Below, piece after piece: positions 30,125 through 39,315 of a DNA stretch of 64,000 nt (within the stretch, counting starts at the first letter, position 1; each line of letters starts with the position of its first letter). Made by a program: the position numbers and the translations under genes. The DNA comes from a virus (lineage: Duplodnaviria; Caudoviricetes): the IMG/VR virus record IMGVR_UViG_3300028601_000020. One strand, written 5' to 3'. The notes under the pieces are model-generated. The model worked only from the letters and a program-made list of their open reading frames with translations. It did no database searches and had not been told where the DNA came from.

Positions 30125-30673
30125 ATGCATATTAATATAAAAATTGTTCCTGTCGGTAATGCTGAATTCGTTGTTCCAGAAGTTCAAACCGCCGAATCCG
30201 CTTGTGCTGATGTTGCTGTTTGTCTAAATCATGTTGATAAAGTGAAAATGTACGATTCTGATAACAATGAATATTTTCAGCCAGTAGAAAATCGTGATGG
30301 GGTGATGATGTTTGTTATTCTTCGCCCTAATCATCGGGCATTGATTCCTACAGGAATGCGATTTATTATCAAGCATGGTTTTCAGTTCAAAATGATTCCT
30401 CGGAGCGGTCTTTCTCTGAAGCACGGGGTGACTCTTATTAATTCTCCAGGCACTATTGATTCTGATTACACGAATGAAACCATGATCCTTCTTCATAATA
30501 CATCAAATGTTCCGTTTATATGCTCCCATCATGAGCGTGTTGCACAACTGGAACTTCGGGAAAATACAATGCGAAATATGTTTTTCAGTAGCGGAACGGA
30601 AGAAGAAATTGAGAAACACAAAGCATCGTCAAACAGGAAAGGTGGGTTTGGTTCTACAGGACGAAAAGCCTAA
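30125..30673 (+). CDS. dut: trimeric dUTPase
   Basis: PRSGLS, NSPGTIDSDY, ERVAQ, RKGGFGSTG. Confidence 0.95.
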   Translation: MHINIKIVPVGNAEFVVPEVQTAESACADVAVCLNHVDKVKMYDSDNNEYFQPVENRDGVMMFVILRPNHRALIPTGMRFIIKHGFQFKMIPRSGLSLKHGVTLINSPGTIDSDYTNETMILLHNTSNVPFICSHHERVAQLELRENTMRNMFFSSGTEEEIEKHKASSNRKGGFGSTGRKA

Positions 30674-30699
30674 ATCGTAAAACTTTTTTGTGATTTTTG

Positions 30700-30737
30700 A
30701 AAAGAGGACAGAGATTCGTTTCTGCCCTCTTTTTTTA
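30700..30737 (+). terminator. intrinsic terminator
   Basis: AAAGAGGACAGAGA...TTTCTGCCCTCTTT followed by a T tract. Confidence 0.75.
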
Positions 30738-30813
30738 TTTACAAGTACGATAATTTATAGTATTGTATTCTTGAAAGTGAGCGTAAACATAAAATTTTGA
30801 TGAAGGAGAAAAA

Positions 30814-31011
30814 ATGAAGCCCAAATATGACATTTCTGTGCAGTTGATTGGTGAGAACGGTAATGCATTTTATATTATCGGAAAGGTTCGCAAAGAAATG
30901 AAGCGAAACGGTGTTCCTAATAATGAAATTGATTTGTTCATAAACGAAGCAATGTCAGGAGATTACAATAACCTTCTCCGTACTTGCATGAAATATGTCA
31001 ACGTTGAATAA
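30814..31011 (+). CDS. conserved small early protein
   Basis: LIGENGNAF...EAMSGDYNNLL; early promoter at 30738. Confidence 0.75.
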   Translation: MKPKYDISVQLIGENGNAFYIIGKVRKEMKRNGVPNNEIDLFINEAMSGDYNNLLRTCMKYVNVE

Positions 31012-31021
31012 GGAGAAAAAT

Positions 31022-32149
31022 ATGGTTCATATAGTTCAAGGTATCCATGATTGTAATTTTGTCATGACAGATGGGGATCCTACAAACGCAAAATGTATTG
31101 TTTGTGGGAAATCCATTCTTGCTGATGTTGTTCTTCCGCCTCCGAAGGAAGAAAAAGAACTTCAGTTCATGAAGTATCCAAGCATTGAAAACACTTATCG
31201 TGTAAAGACAATTCAAGAGATTGAAAAGCAAGGTCTTAACAGTGGGGTTTGGGTTGCGACAAACAAACTTCATGGATCTAATTTTCAAGTATGTGCCGAT
31301 GCCGAAAAGGTGAAGTTTGCAAAGCGAACTTCATTTATTGAAGAGAATGAGAATTTTTATGGGCTGCATTCAAATCTTTCTAATATGAAAGCATTTCTCG
31401 TTGATCGTATCAAGAGAATGCAGAACTATTTTGGAGAAACCCTGAATGTTTTCTTTGAAATTTATGGTGGTAGTTATCCACATCCTGATGTAAAGAAATT
31501 TCCTGTATCAAGAATTCAAAAAGGCGTATGGTATACTCCATCTGTTGATATCAGGGTGATTGATGTTGCTGTGGATTTTGAGTTTTTGCCGTTTGATGAA
31601 ATGTCAGCAATAGTAAAACACTATAACCTCAAACCGGCAATGGAACTTCATCGTGGATCGTTCAAAGAAATGATTGATCTTGATCCTGTTTTTGAAGATC
31701 CTACTTATAAAGAATATAATCTTCCGCCACTCGAAAATAACTATTCTGAAGGGCTGGTTATTCGTCCTGTTGAAGAAAAAATGTTTGGCAACGGAAGTCG
31801 GGTTATGATCAAAAAGAAAAACCCTAAATTCTCAGAAAAACAACGATCGCCAAAAGTTCACAAACAACCATTGGTGCTTGCTGAAAACGTCAAAGAAATT
31901 TATGAAGAACTTTCACAATCAATTACTGAAAATCGGTTGAGGAATATTCTTTCACACGGAGAAGAAATCACAAACAAAGACTTTGGTAAACTTCAAGGAA
32001 TGCTTGTTCAAGACGTTTTAAAGGAGGAAGGTGATTGTCTTGAAACGCTTGAAAAAGACGAACGGAAGCAGGTAAATAAACTTCTCAGTCAAGACGCCGC
32101 TGAACTAATCAGAGAAAATTTTCTGAATATTCTTGACAAAACCTTTTAA
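31022..32149 (+). CDS. rnl2: RNA ligase, Rnl2 family
   Basis: KYPSIEN, NKLHGSNF (motif I), EIYGG, EGLVIRP, KKKNPKFSE. Confidence 0.85.
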   Translation: MVHIVQGIHDCNFVMTDGDPTNAKCIVCGKSILADVVLPPPKEEKELQFMKYPSIENTYRVKTIQEIEKQGLNSGVWVATNKLHGSNFQVCADAEKVKFAKRTSFIEENENFYGLHSNLSNMKAFLVDRIKRMQNYFGETLNVFFEIYGGSYPHPDVKKFPVSRIQKGVWYTPSVDIRVIDVAVDFEFLPFDEMSAIVKHYNLKPAMELHRGSFKEMIDLDPVFEDPTYKEYNLPPLENNYSEGLVIRPVEEKMFGNGSRVMIKKKNPKFSEKQRSPKVHKQPLVLAENVKEIYEELSQSITENRLRNILSHGEEITNKDFGKLQGMLVQDVLKEEGDCLETLEKDERKQVNKLLSQDAAELIRENFLNILDKTF

Positions 32150-32159
32150 GGAGAGTAAA

Positions 32160-32393
32160 ATGGAAATCATAAAGAAAGGCATTTCTGAAGATAGGTTTGT
32201 GGGAAAATGCGGAGCGTGTTTTTGTGAGGCTCAAACAACTCGGCAAGAATTGTCTGAAATTCGTCCGTATGATTCACTATTTCCTCTTTACGCCGGAGAT
32301 AAAATAACAGAAAAAATTACAATAAATTGTCCTGTTTGTGGTCAATACAGAATGTTAATGGAGTGTGTTGAGGAGGAGGATAATGAAATTTAG
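32160..32393 (+). CDS. small zinc-ribbon protein
   Basis: CGAC...CPVC. Confidence 0.55.
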   Translation: MEIIKKGISEDRFVGKCGACFCEAQTTRQELSEIRPYDSLFPLYAGDKITEKITINCPVCGQYRMLMECVEEEDNEI

Positions 32394-32910
32394 TGAAATT
32401 CCCAAATTGACCCGATCTGCTTCTTATCGTGTTCACCAATCTTGGAAATACTTGGACGAAACTCTTGAACGGTATCAGTCAAAGGAATATTCTGCTAAAC
32501 TTGATATTGATCCTGAATTTCAGCGGGGTCATGTATGGACCGAAAAACAACAGATTGCGTATGTTGAATTTAAGTTGAAAGGAGGTGAAGGAGCAGAGTT
32601 GTTATTTTTCAATTGTATTGGGTGGATGGTTGATTTTAAAGGGCCGTTTGTTCTGGTAGACGGGAAACAAAGACTTCAAGCAGTAACCAAGTTTATGAAT
32701 AATGAACTTGCTATTTTTGGCGGGCATTATTATAAAGATTTTGAAGACAAAATGAGCGGCATGGAACCAAGTTTTGTGTTTTGCGTCAATAATCTTCCTA
32801 ATATGCAGATGGTTTTGCAGTGGTATCTTGAACTGAATTCTGGCGGGACTCCCCACACAAAAGAAGAATTGAACAAAGTAAAGAAAATGCTTTCTCACTA
32901 CGAAAAATAA
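32383..32910 (+). CDS. DUF262 / ParB-like domain protein
   Basis: PEFQRGHVW, LVDGKQRL, LNSGGTP. Confidence 0.8.
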   Translation: MKFSEIPKLTRSASYRVHQSWKYLDETLERYQSKEYSAKLDIDPEFQRGHVWTEKQQIAYVEFKLKGGEGAELLFFNCIGWMVDFKGPFVLVDGKQRLQAVTKFMNNELAIFGGHYYKDFEDKMSGMEPSFVFCVNNLPNMQMVLQWYLELNSGGTPHTKEELNKVKKMLSHYEK

Positions 32911-32920
32911 GGAGACACAA

Positions 32921-33211
32921 ATGGTTCTTGAACCGGATACTATGAAGTATTATTATTGGAGTGATGTTGAAAAATTTTTCATTGAACAAACAGATTGTGA
33001 CGGGTCAGACATTTGGGACATGTGGCTTGGCTTGTTTGAAGACGTGGTAAAGAACGATAGTTATTGTACCCATTGGTTTGATATCACAAATATGAATGAA
33101 TCTGAATTTTGTGGTGAATACGGATACAATGGGTCAAAATTCCTCACTGCGCTTGGTGTATTGAAAGAATATATAAACGAAGATAATATTATCATTTACT
33201 ACAGTTGGTGA
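32921..33211 (+). CDS. hypothetical protein
   Basis: ORF with AGGAG RBS. Confidence 0.6.
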   Translation: MVLEPDTMKYYYWSDVEKFFIEQTDCDGSDIWDMWLGLFEDVVKNDSYCTHWFDITNMNESEFCGEYGYNGSKFLTALGVLKEYINEDNIIIYYSW

Positions 33212-33215
33212 GAAA

Positions 33216-33464
33216 ATGACAACAAACGCAAAATGTGTTTTGTGTGCCGGAGAATTGTTGTCAGGCGACGTGAATGATATTTGTCGTAAATGCAGCGAAA
33301 AAGTTGCTGAACTTTTCCCTGTTATAAAATATAATACCCTGCAGCAGAAAGAAATGTATCTTATGGGATGGATTTGTCCGAAATGTGGGGCGATTCATTC
33401 TCCTAATACGCTAGAATGTTGGCTGTGTTCTGGTCATTATAAAGTTACTTGCAAAGGAGCATAA
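33216..33464 (+). CDS. Cys-rich hypothetical protein
   Basis: GWICPKCG...CWLC. Confidence 0.6.
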   Translation: MTTNAKCVLCAGELLSGDVNDICRKCSEKVAELFPVIKYNTLQQKEMYLMGWICPKCGAIHSPNTLECWLCSGHYKVTCKGA

Positions 33465-33466
33465 AC

Positions 33467-33847
33467 GTGAAAGAAGCCAATACACTGCGTTTTGTTTGCT
33501 TCATTGAAAAACGTTTTTATCATCGTCGGGTAGTGACCGAAAACGAAGATCATTGTGGAGTTAAAGAAATAGACGGTAAATTGAATTTGTGTGGTGCGTA
33601 CTTGAACGAATTAGGAGAGTATGTTTTCCTTCCAATTTCTGTAGACGTTTCCGACCCTGTAAATTTGATTACTGATAATTGTTTTACTGATAACGGAAAG
33701 ATTGAAAATGATGAATTTATTGGAGGCATCGTTTCTATGAAATATTATGAAAATGAAGCTGTTGAGGGATCCAAAATGTTGCCCACAGATATTAAAATTG
33801 ATTTTTACACTAAAAGGAATCAAAAAGCATGTGAAGGAGAATTTTAA
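33467..33847 (+). CDS. hypothetical protein (GTG start likely)
   Basis: AGGAG RBS before GTG; C-terminus duplicated in the next gene. Confidence 0.5.
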   Translation: MKEANTLRFVCFIEKRFYHRRVVTENEDHCGVKEIDGKLNLCGAYLNELGEYVFLPISVDVSDPVNLITDNCFTDNGKIENDEFIGGIVSMKYYENEAVEGSKMLPTDIKIDFYTKRNQKACEGEF

Positions 33848-34083
33848 TGAAATTTACTTTTTTTGTTTTGTTTTTCCTTGCTTTTGTGTGTTCTGGTATG
33901 AATCTTGGGTGTCTTATTATCGGATGGTTTTTGTATGATAAAATTTTTTATGATTTGGCAATCATGGTTATTTTGTGTTTTATTGGAGGCATCGTTTCTA
34001 TGAAATATTATGAAAATGAAGCTGTTATGGAATCCAAAAGGTTGCTCACAGATATTAAAATTGATTTTTACACTAAAAGGAAT
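33716..34083 (+). repeat. 105-bp imperfect direct repeat (33716-33820 / 33979-34083)
   Basis: Both copies encode FIGGIVSMKYYENEAV..SK.L.TDIKIDFYTKRN. Confidence 0.9.
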
Positions 34084-34086
34084 TGA
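33847..34086 (+). CDS. membrane protein with duplicated C-terminal tail
   Basis: Two hydrophobic helices plus the repeat-derived tail. Confidence 0.55.
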   Translation: MKFTFFVLFFLAFVCSGMNLGCLIIGWFLYDKIFYDLAIMVILCFIGGIVSMKYYENEAVMESKRLLTDIKIDFYTKRN

Positions 34087-34089
34087 AAA

Positions 34090-34479
34090 ATGTATAAAGG
34101 AATCATTAATTGGGCGTTTGTTTGCTTTTTTGTTGCATTGGCTATTTTGGGGTCATTTTATCTTGCATTTGACAAGATGGATTCATCCTCAACAGATGAA
34201 ATTGACGCTTCACAGATAAAATTGTATGGGATTACTGATTCCCGAGAATGGGTATATAATTATCTTCGGGTTATAAAAGAACTTGAAAGCATTGAGTCGG
34301 GCCTCGGCAAAAAGTTTGCTGATAATGCATTGAAAGACCTTCAGAATGATGGGGCAGAATACAAACCTGACTTGGTTCTTTTGAGTGCGTTTTCATGGAA
34401 AGAAAGCCCAGAGGGTTCTGAATATTGGGCCGAAGTCTCTTCAAAAATATTGGAGAAAAATGATGGCAAAGTTAATTGA
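34090..34479 (+). CDS. membrane-anchored hypothetical protein
   Basis: N-terminal TM; AFSWKESPEGSEYW. Confidence 0.6.
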   Translation: MYKGIINWAFVCFFVALAILGSFYLAFDKMDSSSTDEIDASQIKLYGITDSREWVYNYLRVIKELESIESGLGKKFADNALKDLQNDGAEYKPDLVLLSAFSWKESPEGSEYWAEVSSKILEKNDGKVN

Positions 34480-35062
34480 CAAACTTGTTTCAAAGAAACT
34501 ATGCACTCCGCCACATTGGTTATCGTCAAATACAATGTACTTGTGTATAATGGGATCCGCTGCATATGGTGTGCAAACAGATAAATCAGACAATGACGTT
34601 TATGGATTCTGCATCCCTCCTAAACGTATGCTTGTTCAACCATTCAATGATTGCGTTCCGGGATTTGATAAGATGGAAACGTTTGAACAGTGGCAGGAGC
34701 ACGGGATAAATGATCGTTCAGAAGGAAAAGAATACGATTTCTCTGTGTATAATATAACTAAGTATTTTCGTCTGGTGATGGAAAATAATCCGAATATGAT
34801 TGACTCTTTGTTTGTTCCAAGGAATTGTGTTATTCATTCTACTCCTATTTCTGAAAAGATCCGCGAAAACAGAAAAATGTTTCTTCATCGTGGAGCATGG
34901 CATAAGTTCAAGGGATACGCCTATTCATCTATACACAAAATGAATTTTAAATACAAAGATGTTTTGGAACCAATAAGAGAATGGGAAAAACAAAAAGGAA
35001 TATCTAAGAATTCATTTCATGACGTTGAAAAAGAAATGAAAAGAAGGGGAATTAATATATAA
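34460..35062 (+). CDS. pol-beta family nucleotidyltransferase (RlaP/YcgL-like), N-terminal half
   Basis: GSAAYG...SDNDVYG, NNPNMIDSLF, KFKGYAY. Confidence 0.8.
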   Translation: MMAKLIDKLVSKKLCTPPHWLSSNTMYLCIMGSAAYGVQTDKSDNDVYGFCIPPKRMLVQPFNDCVPGFDKMETFEQWQEHGINDRSEGKEYDFSVYNITKYFRLVMENNPNMIDSLFVPRNCVIHSTPISEKIRENRKMFLHRGAWHKFKGYAYSSIHKMNFKYKDVLEPIREWEKQKGISKNSFHDVEKEMKRRGINI

Positions 35063-35129
35063 ATTTAAAGGGTATGGCATTTCTTCATTTATATAAATAA
35101 TATTATATAAATTTAAAAGAGGAAATGTC

Positions 35130-36077
35130 ATGATAGAAGAAAGGAAAGAATTTTTATTAAAACATAAACTCATTTCATTTAGAAAGGGCTTTATAGTTTT
35201 AAGTCCACATTTCACTAATTGCCATTGGAAAAAATTTGATCAAAAAGAACTTATAGAAAGAATTAAAGGAGATTCTATAACTGAAAAAATCTATAGGTAT
35301 TTATATGATTATAATGAGGACGTTTATTGTATTTGGTGCGGAAAGAAAAAAGTAAAATTCAAAACAATAACCGATGGTTTTGCTGATTTCTGTTCTAAGA
35401 GATGTGTTGAAGAATATGTGAAAGCAAGAGGAAATTTTACGACCCTTGGATGGAAACACACCAAGGAATCAAAACAGAAGATGAAAGATGGTCATGCGGA
35501 TTTCACTGGTGATAATAATCCTTTTAAAAAAGCAATTGAAAGAGACCCAACCATAAGAAAACGGTGCAGTCAAAATAAAAAGAATTGGTGGAAGTCTTTA
35601 TCGGATGAGAGAAGAAAGGAAATCAGTAAAATTTTTTCAATTGCTCAAGCAAACAATGTAAATTTTTCTACAATACATAGAAATCATAGGTGTGGATGTT
35701 TTATATCTAAAAAGATGAAAAGAAAATTTTTCTTTAGAAGTTCTTGGGAATTGTTTGTTTGTGAATTCTTGGAAGATTGTGATGGTGTTATTGAATATTG
35801 TTTGGAAAAATTTTGTATTCCTTATATTAAAGATAAAAAACAAAGACACACAAGAATTGATTTTTGGATAAAAACAAACAACAATGAAATGATAGTTGAA
35901 GTGAAACCAGAGGGATTTATTCCATCAGCAATAAATCGTATCCAAGCAATGCAACAATATTGTATTGATAATTCAATGAATTTTTTTGTGGTTAGTAAGA
36001 ATAGACTGAATGAGGAATCATTGTGTGGAATTATTAAAGGAGAAATTCAGAATGAAAATTTTAAAAGATTTGAGTGA
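35130..36077 (+). CDS. putative homing endonuclease (TnsA-like PD-(D/E)XK) splitting the nucleotidyltransferase
   Basis: FRSSWE, IPY, IDFWI, VEVKP; TATAAATA inside an RBS-sequestering hairpin upstream. Confidence 0.75.
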   Translation: MIEERKEFLLKHKLISFRKGFIVLSPHFTNCHWKKFDQKELIERIKGDSITEKIYRYLYDYNEDVYCIWCGKKKVKFKTITDGFADFCSKRCVEEYVKARGNFTTLGWKHTKESKQKMKDGHADFTGDNNPFKKAIERDPTIRKRCSQNKKNWWKSLSDERRKEISKIFSIAQANNVNFSTIHRNHRCGCFISKKMKRKFFFRSSWELFVCEFLEDCDGVIEYCLEKFCIPYIKDKKQRHTRIDFWIKTNNNEMIVEVKPEGFIPSAINRIQAMQQYCIDNSMNFFVVSKNRLNEESLCGIIKGEIQNENFKRFE

Positions 36078-36489
36078 TGACGAATTAAAGGAATATTATC
36101 AATTATTCTTGAACTTAAACAAAAGACACCATTTTACGAATGAATTTGGTTATGATTTAAAATTTGCATATCACACCATAAGGCTTTTAAATGAAGTTGA
36201 ACAGATTTTGACAGAAGGCGATCTTGATCTTTTGCGAAACAAAGAGCAGTTGAAAAGCATTCGCCGAGGTGAATGGTCAAAAGAAAAAGTAATCCAGTAT
36301 TTTGAAGATAAAGAAAAATCTCTTGAAGAACTTTATTTGAAGTCAGAACTTCCTTATGGTCCGGACAAAGATGCCATTCGGAAATTGCTTGTAGAATGTA
36401 TAGAAATGCACTATGATCTTTCTGAATTTAAAGATTCACGAAGCGAGTCAGAAGTTAAATTGGATCAAATCAAAAAAATTCTTTGGTGA
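36052..36489 (+). CDS. nucleotidyltransferase, C-terminal half
   Basis: GYDLKFAYHTIRLL, LKSIRRGEW, SELPYGPD; own AAGGAG RBS and ATG at 36052. Confidence 0.75.
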   Translation: MKILKDLSDDELKEYYQLFLNLNKRHHFTNEFGYDLKFAYHTIRLLNEVEQILTEGDLDLLRNKEQLKSIRRGEWSKEKVIQYFEDKEKSLEELYLKSELPYGPDKDAIRKLLVECIEMHYDLSEFKDSRSESEVKLDQIKKILW

Positions 36490-36732
36490 ATAGGAAATCA
36501 ATGGAAGAAAAAATGAACGTTAAGACTTATGTTGAACTTGCAAAGAAAGAACTTGATAAATTTGAATCTATGTGGAATGAAGAAATGGTAAAAAAACCAA
36601 AAAATTGGCCAGAAAAACTAACTGAAATGGAATGGGCAGAACAAGAGGTGGCCACCCGTTTTGATCTTGAATTTTGAAAAAACCTGACACAAAAAGATAT
36701 TCGTTTTTGTGTCAGGAAAGTTTAAAAAAGTG

Positions 36733-36777
36733 TTGACTGTATCCACATAATAGTTTATTCTGTTTGTGAAAGTTAAG
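36733..36777 (+). promoter_or_regulatory. sigma70 early promoter with GTGAAAGTTAAG leader
   Basis: TTGACT-N17-TATTCT. Confidence 0.8.
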
Positions 36778-36817
36778 TGATGCTTTTGATTGAGACTAAT
36801 TCTGAAAGAGGTTGATC

Positions 36818-37009
36818 ATGAAAAATGCAAAAATTAGTGAAATGATTAACAAGAAAGTCATTGCAGGTATGTCCGTTTCTGCTGCGTATGACGCGGTACT
36901 GGGAGAAGGTGCGTATAATCGCATGGTAGGCGAATTGTACGATGCTTTGAAGACGAAGGAAAATATCAAGGCTTTTCGTGAAGGCTTTGAAGAAATTATG
37001 GAGGGTTAA
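36818..37009 (+). CDS. small early protein
   Basis: GAGG RBS; AYDAVLGEGAY. Confidence 0.6.
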   Translation: MKNAKISEMINKKVIAGMSVSAAYDAVLGEGAYNRMVGELYDALKTKENIKAFREGFEEIMEG

Positions 37010-37199
37010 TCATGCCTGATTTTGAAGTCGTTCTTGATAGAATTGTTGTCTATGAATCTGATTTTGACGAAGCATGTGCATTGGCAAGGGAAGCAGCGGA
37101 TGAATACTTTTCGCCAGAAGCGATTCTAAGTTGGCCGGCTGTAGGAGATTCTGGTATGTGTTACGTTTTTGAAGTTTCATTCCCATAAGGAGAATAATC

Positions 37200-37445
37200 A
37201 TGAAAGAAATTACAAAAGAAGACATTGGATGGATTTATCATTTGGCTGAAATCGGGCTCCCAATTGTAAAGGAAGCCGACAAACTAAAATTCATGCTTGA
37301 AGAAATTGAGGAAATGAAACGTCGGGTAGCTGAACGCTATGAAGTAGTTGAAGAAATGATTAGAGGAAGTTGGATTCCTCTTGAAATTGAGGACGCGAAA
37401 CGCCGTCATAAACTTTCTTCTGACATTGAGGAGTCAATGAAATGA
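37200..37445 (+). CDS. hypothetical protein
   Basis: AGGAG RBS. Confidence 0.6.
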   Translation: MKEITKEDIGWIYHLAEIGLPIVKEADKLKFMLEEIEEMKRRVAERYEVVEEMIRGSWIPLEIEDAKRRHKLSSDIEESMK

Positions 37446-37942
37446 AAGCCGGTGATATCATCAAAGCTAAGTACAATGGACACAAACAAAAATTTCAAAT
37501 TCTTGGAGTGAATGACGTTATTACTGATGGTTGCCTAAATCTTGCTGTTCTTGATTTCGCGCCGTATTGTTATGAAGAAACAATTAACGTTTTTGCCGAA
37601 CAGTGGAAACCATCTTATTCTCTAAATAAAATGGGATTTTCTCCTACTTTCTGTCGGGAAGAAACAGTTAATGACGATCACTCCCATCGTGTTTATCTGA
37701 AACCTATTCTTGGTGATAAAATGGTAATTCCGCTTAAAGTTCAAGAAATTGTGGCCGAAGCAGTAGAAGAACATAATGCTGATGTTCGTTTTACGGCAAC
37801 AGAAGATGGATATGCTTTTTTGATTTTGTATACAGGTTCTTATAAAGGATTAACAATCCTCTCGTTTTTGCCTGATACATCTGAATACAATATTTCCTAT
37901 CTTTCTGGAAAGGCGCTTGATGCACTGAAATCTTTGTTATAA
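37442..37942 (+). CDS. hypothetical protein
   Basis: ATGA overlap with the upstream gene. Confidence 0.6.
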   Translation: MKAGDIIKAKYNGHKQKFQILGVNDVITDGCLNLAVLDFAPYCYEETINVFAEQWKPSYSLNKMGFSPTFCREETVNDDHSHRVYLKPILGDKMVIPLKVQEIVAEAVEEHNADVRFTATEDGYAFLILYTGSYKGLTILSFLPDTSEYNISYLSGKALDALKSLL

Positions 37943-38035
37943 AATTCAAAAAGACTAAATAAAACAGTTGACGATTTAAACAAAACAGTTTATACTGTTC
38001 TTGAAGCTGAGAGAGAACAAAAGAAGAGGAGAAAA

Positions 38036-38275
38036 ATGAAAGTTAAGGAACTAATTGAATTGCTGTCCACTGAATTTCCCGAAGATGAAGTAGTTCTGTC
38101 AATTGACGAAGAAGGAAACGGTTTTTCAAGCATAAACGGGATTTCAAAGTCTGTTTTTGACGGTGAATATATTTATCTTCGTGAATTGACTCCTGAGCTT
38201 GAAACTCAGGGATTTACTGAAGAAGACATGTATACTGGAGAAGATGGAAAGAATTGTGTTGTTCTTTGGCCGTAA
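38036..38275 (+). CDS. small early protein
   Basis: MKVKELIE...DEEGNGF...VVLWP; promoter at 37968. Confidence 0.7.
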   Translation: MKVKELIELLSTEFPEDEVVLSIDEEGNGFSSINGISKSVFDGEYIYLRELTPELETQGFTEEDMYTGEDGKNCVVLWP

Positions 38276-38282
38276 ATAAATT

Positions 38283-38315
38283 GCCCGAGTAGCTCCAATG
38301 GTAGAGCAATGCTCT
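38283..38315 (+). pseudogene. 5' half of a tRNA (probably Thr) truncated at the anticodon loop
   Basis: GCCCGAG TA GCTC CAATGGTA GAGC A ATGCT CT, then endonuclease leader; no matching 3' half seen. Confidence 0.7.
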
Positions 38316-38371
38316 ACCAATTTTCTATTTGTATAAATACTAGAAAGACAATTTATACAAATAGAGGATAA

Positions 38372-39175
38372 ATGGAACGAAATAAAAAACAGTGTTCAAA
38401 ATGCGGCAAGGAAATATCCCTCTCCAACATTAAAAAGCATGAAAAATCATGTGGACAGAAGAAACATTCTTCTATTGATGAAAGTTGGAAACAACAGAGC
38501 GGAAAATACAAATGCCCGTTTTGTTCAAAAGAATACACGAAAGCAGGAATATCAACTCATATATGGAGAACACATGGAGAAGGGAAAGATTTTGATCCAA
38601 ACATAGGATATAAAAATGGAAGGGTTGTGTGGAATAAAGGATTAACGAAAGAAGATGAACGAATTTTGAAACGAATCAAAACAATCAAAGAAAGATTCAA
38701 AACAGGAATGTATGGAAACAGATTTTCATTTCCTCATTCCGAAAAAACAAAAATGCGTCTTTCTGAATTAGCGATAAAAAGAAAATTTGGTGGAGTGACA
38801 AGATCCAGAAGAATTAAATATAAAAATAAAATTCTCGGAAGTTCTTATGAACTTGAGGTTGCAGTTTCATTAGAAGAGAATGGTATCAAATGGGAAACTT
38901 GTGACAGATTTAATTATGTTGATGTGAATGGGAAAAAAAGAACTTACACCCCTGATTTTTATTTACCTGATTATGACGTGTATCTTGATCCAAAAAATGA
39001 TTTTTTGATAAATAATATAAATCCAGCATTGGGATACAAGGATTCTGAAAAAATAAAGTGGGCAGAGGAACAAAATGGTGTGATCATAATTATTCTAAAT
39101 AAGAAAGAATTGAATTGGAATTCAATAAAAGAAAAAATAGCCACAATTGTTCAAGGTGAACACGCCGTTTTGTAG
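38372..39175 (+). CDS. putative homing endonuclease (zinc fingers plus PD-(D/E)XK)
   Basis: CSKC, CPFC...H...H, SSYE, YTPDFYLPDYDVYLDPK; late promoter within a 15-bp hairpin. Confidence 0.8.
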   Translation: MERNKKQCSKCGKEISLSNIKKHEKSCGQKKHSSIDESWKQQSGKYKCPFCSKEYTKAGISTHIWRTHGEGKDFDPNIGYKNGRVVWNKGLTKEDERILKRIKTIKERFKTGMYGNRFSFPHSEKTKMRLSELAIKRKFGGVTRSRRIKYKNKILGSSYELEVAVSLEENGIKWETCDRFNYVDVNGKKRTYTPDFYLPDYDVYLDPKNDFLINNINPALGYKDSEKIKWAEEQNGVIIIILNKKELNWNSIKEKIATIVQGEHAVL

Positions 39176-39211
39176 TCGGCTAAGGGGGTTCAATTCCTCA
39201 TTGTGGCTCCA
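39140..39211 (+). tRNA. tRNA-Thr(TGT)
   Basis: GCCACAA/TTGTGGC acceptor, anticodon loop TTTGTAG, TTCAATT T-loop, encoded CCA. Confidence 0.75.
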
Positions 39212-39223
39212 TAAAAACAAAAC

Positions 39224-39311
39224 GGAAGATTGGCAGAACGGTAATGCATCGGTCTTGAAAACCGTAGTCTGGATAAAACCAGTGGGGGTTCAAATCCCTC
39301 ATCTTCCGCCA
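39224..39311 (+). tRNA. tRNA-Ser(TGA)
   Basis: GGAAGAT/ATCTTCC acceptor, CT-TGA-AA loop, long variable arm, G discriminator, CCA. Confidence 0.92.
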
Positions 39312-39315
39312 TTTT

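Noticed and set aside
39165-39180. Reading the 39140 tRNA as Tyr(GTA)
   Set aside because: Loop register gives TGT; the GCC acceptor start and short variable region fit Thr
38283-39211. tRNA interrupted by a group I intron
   Set aside because: No P7 or other intron core and no CTCGGGC 3' acceptor strand; the downstream tRNA is complete on its own
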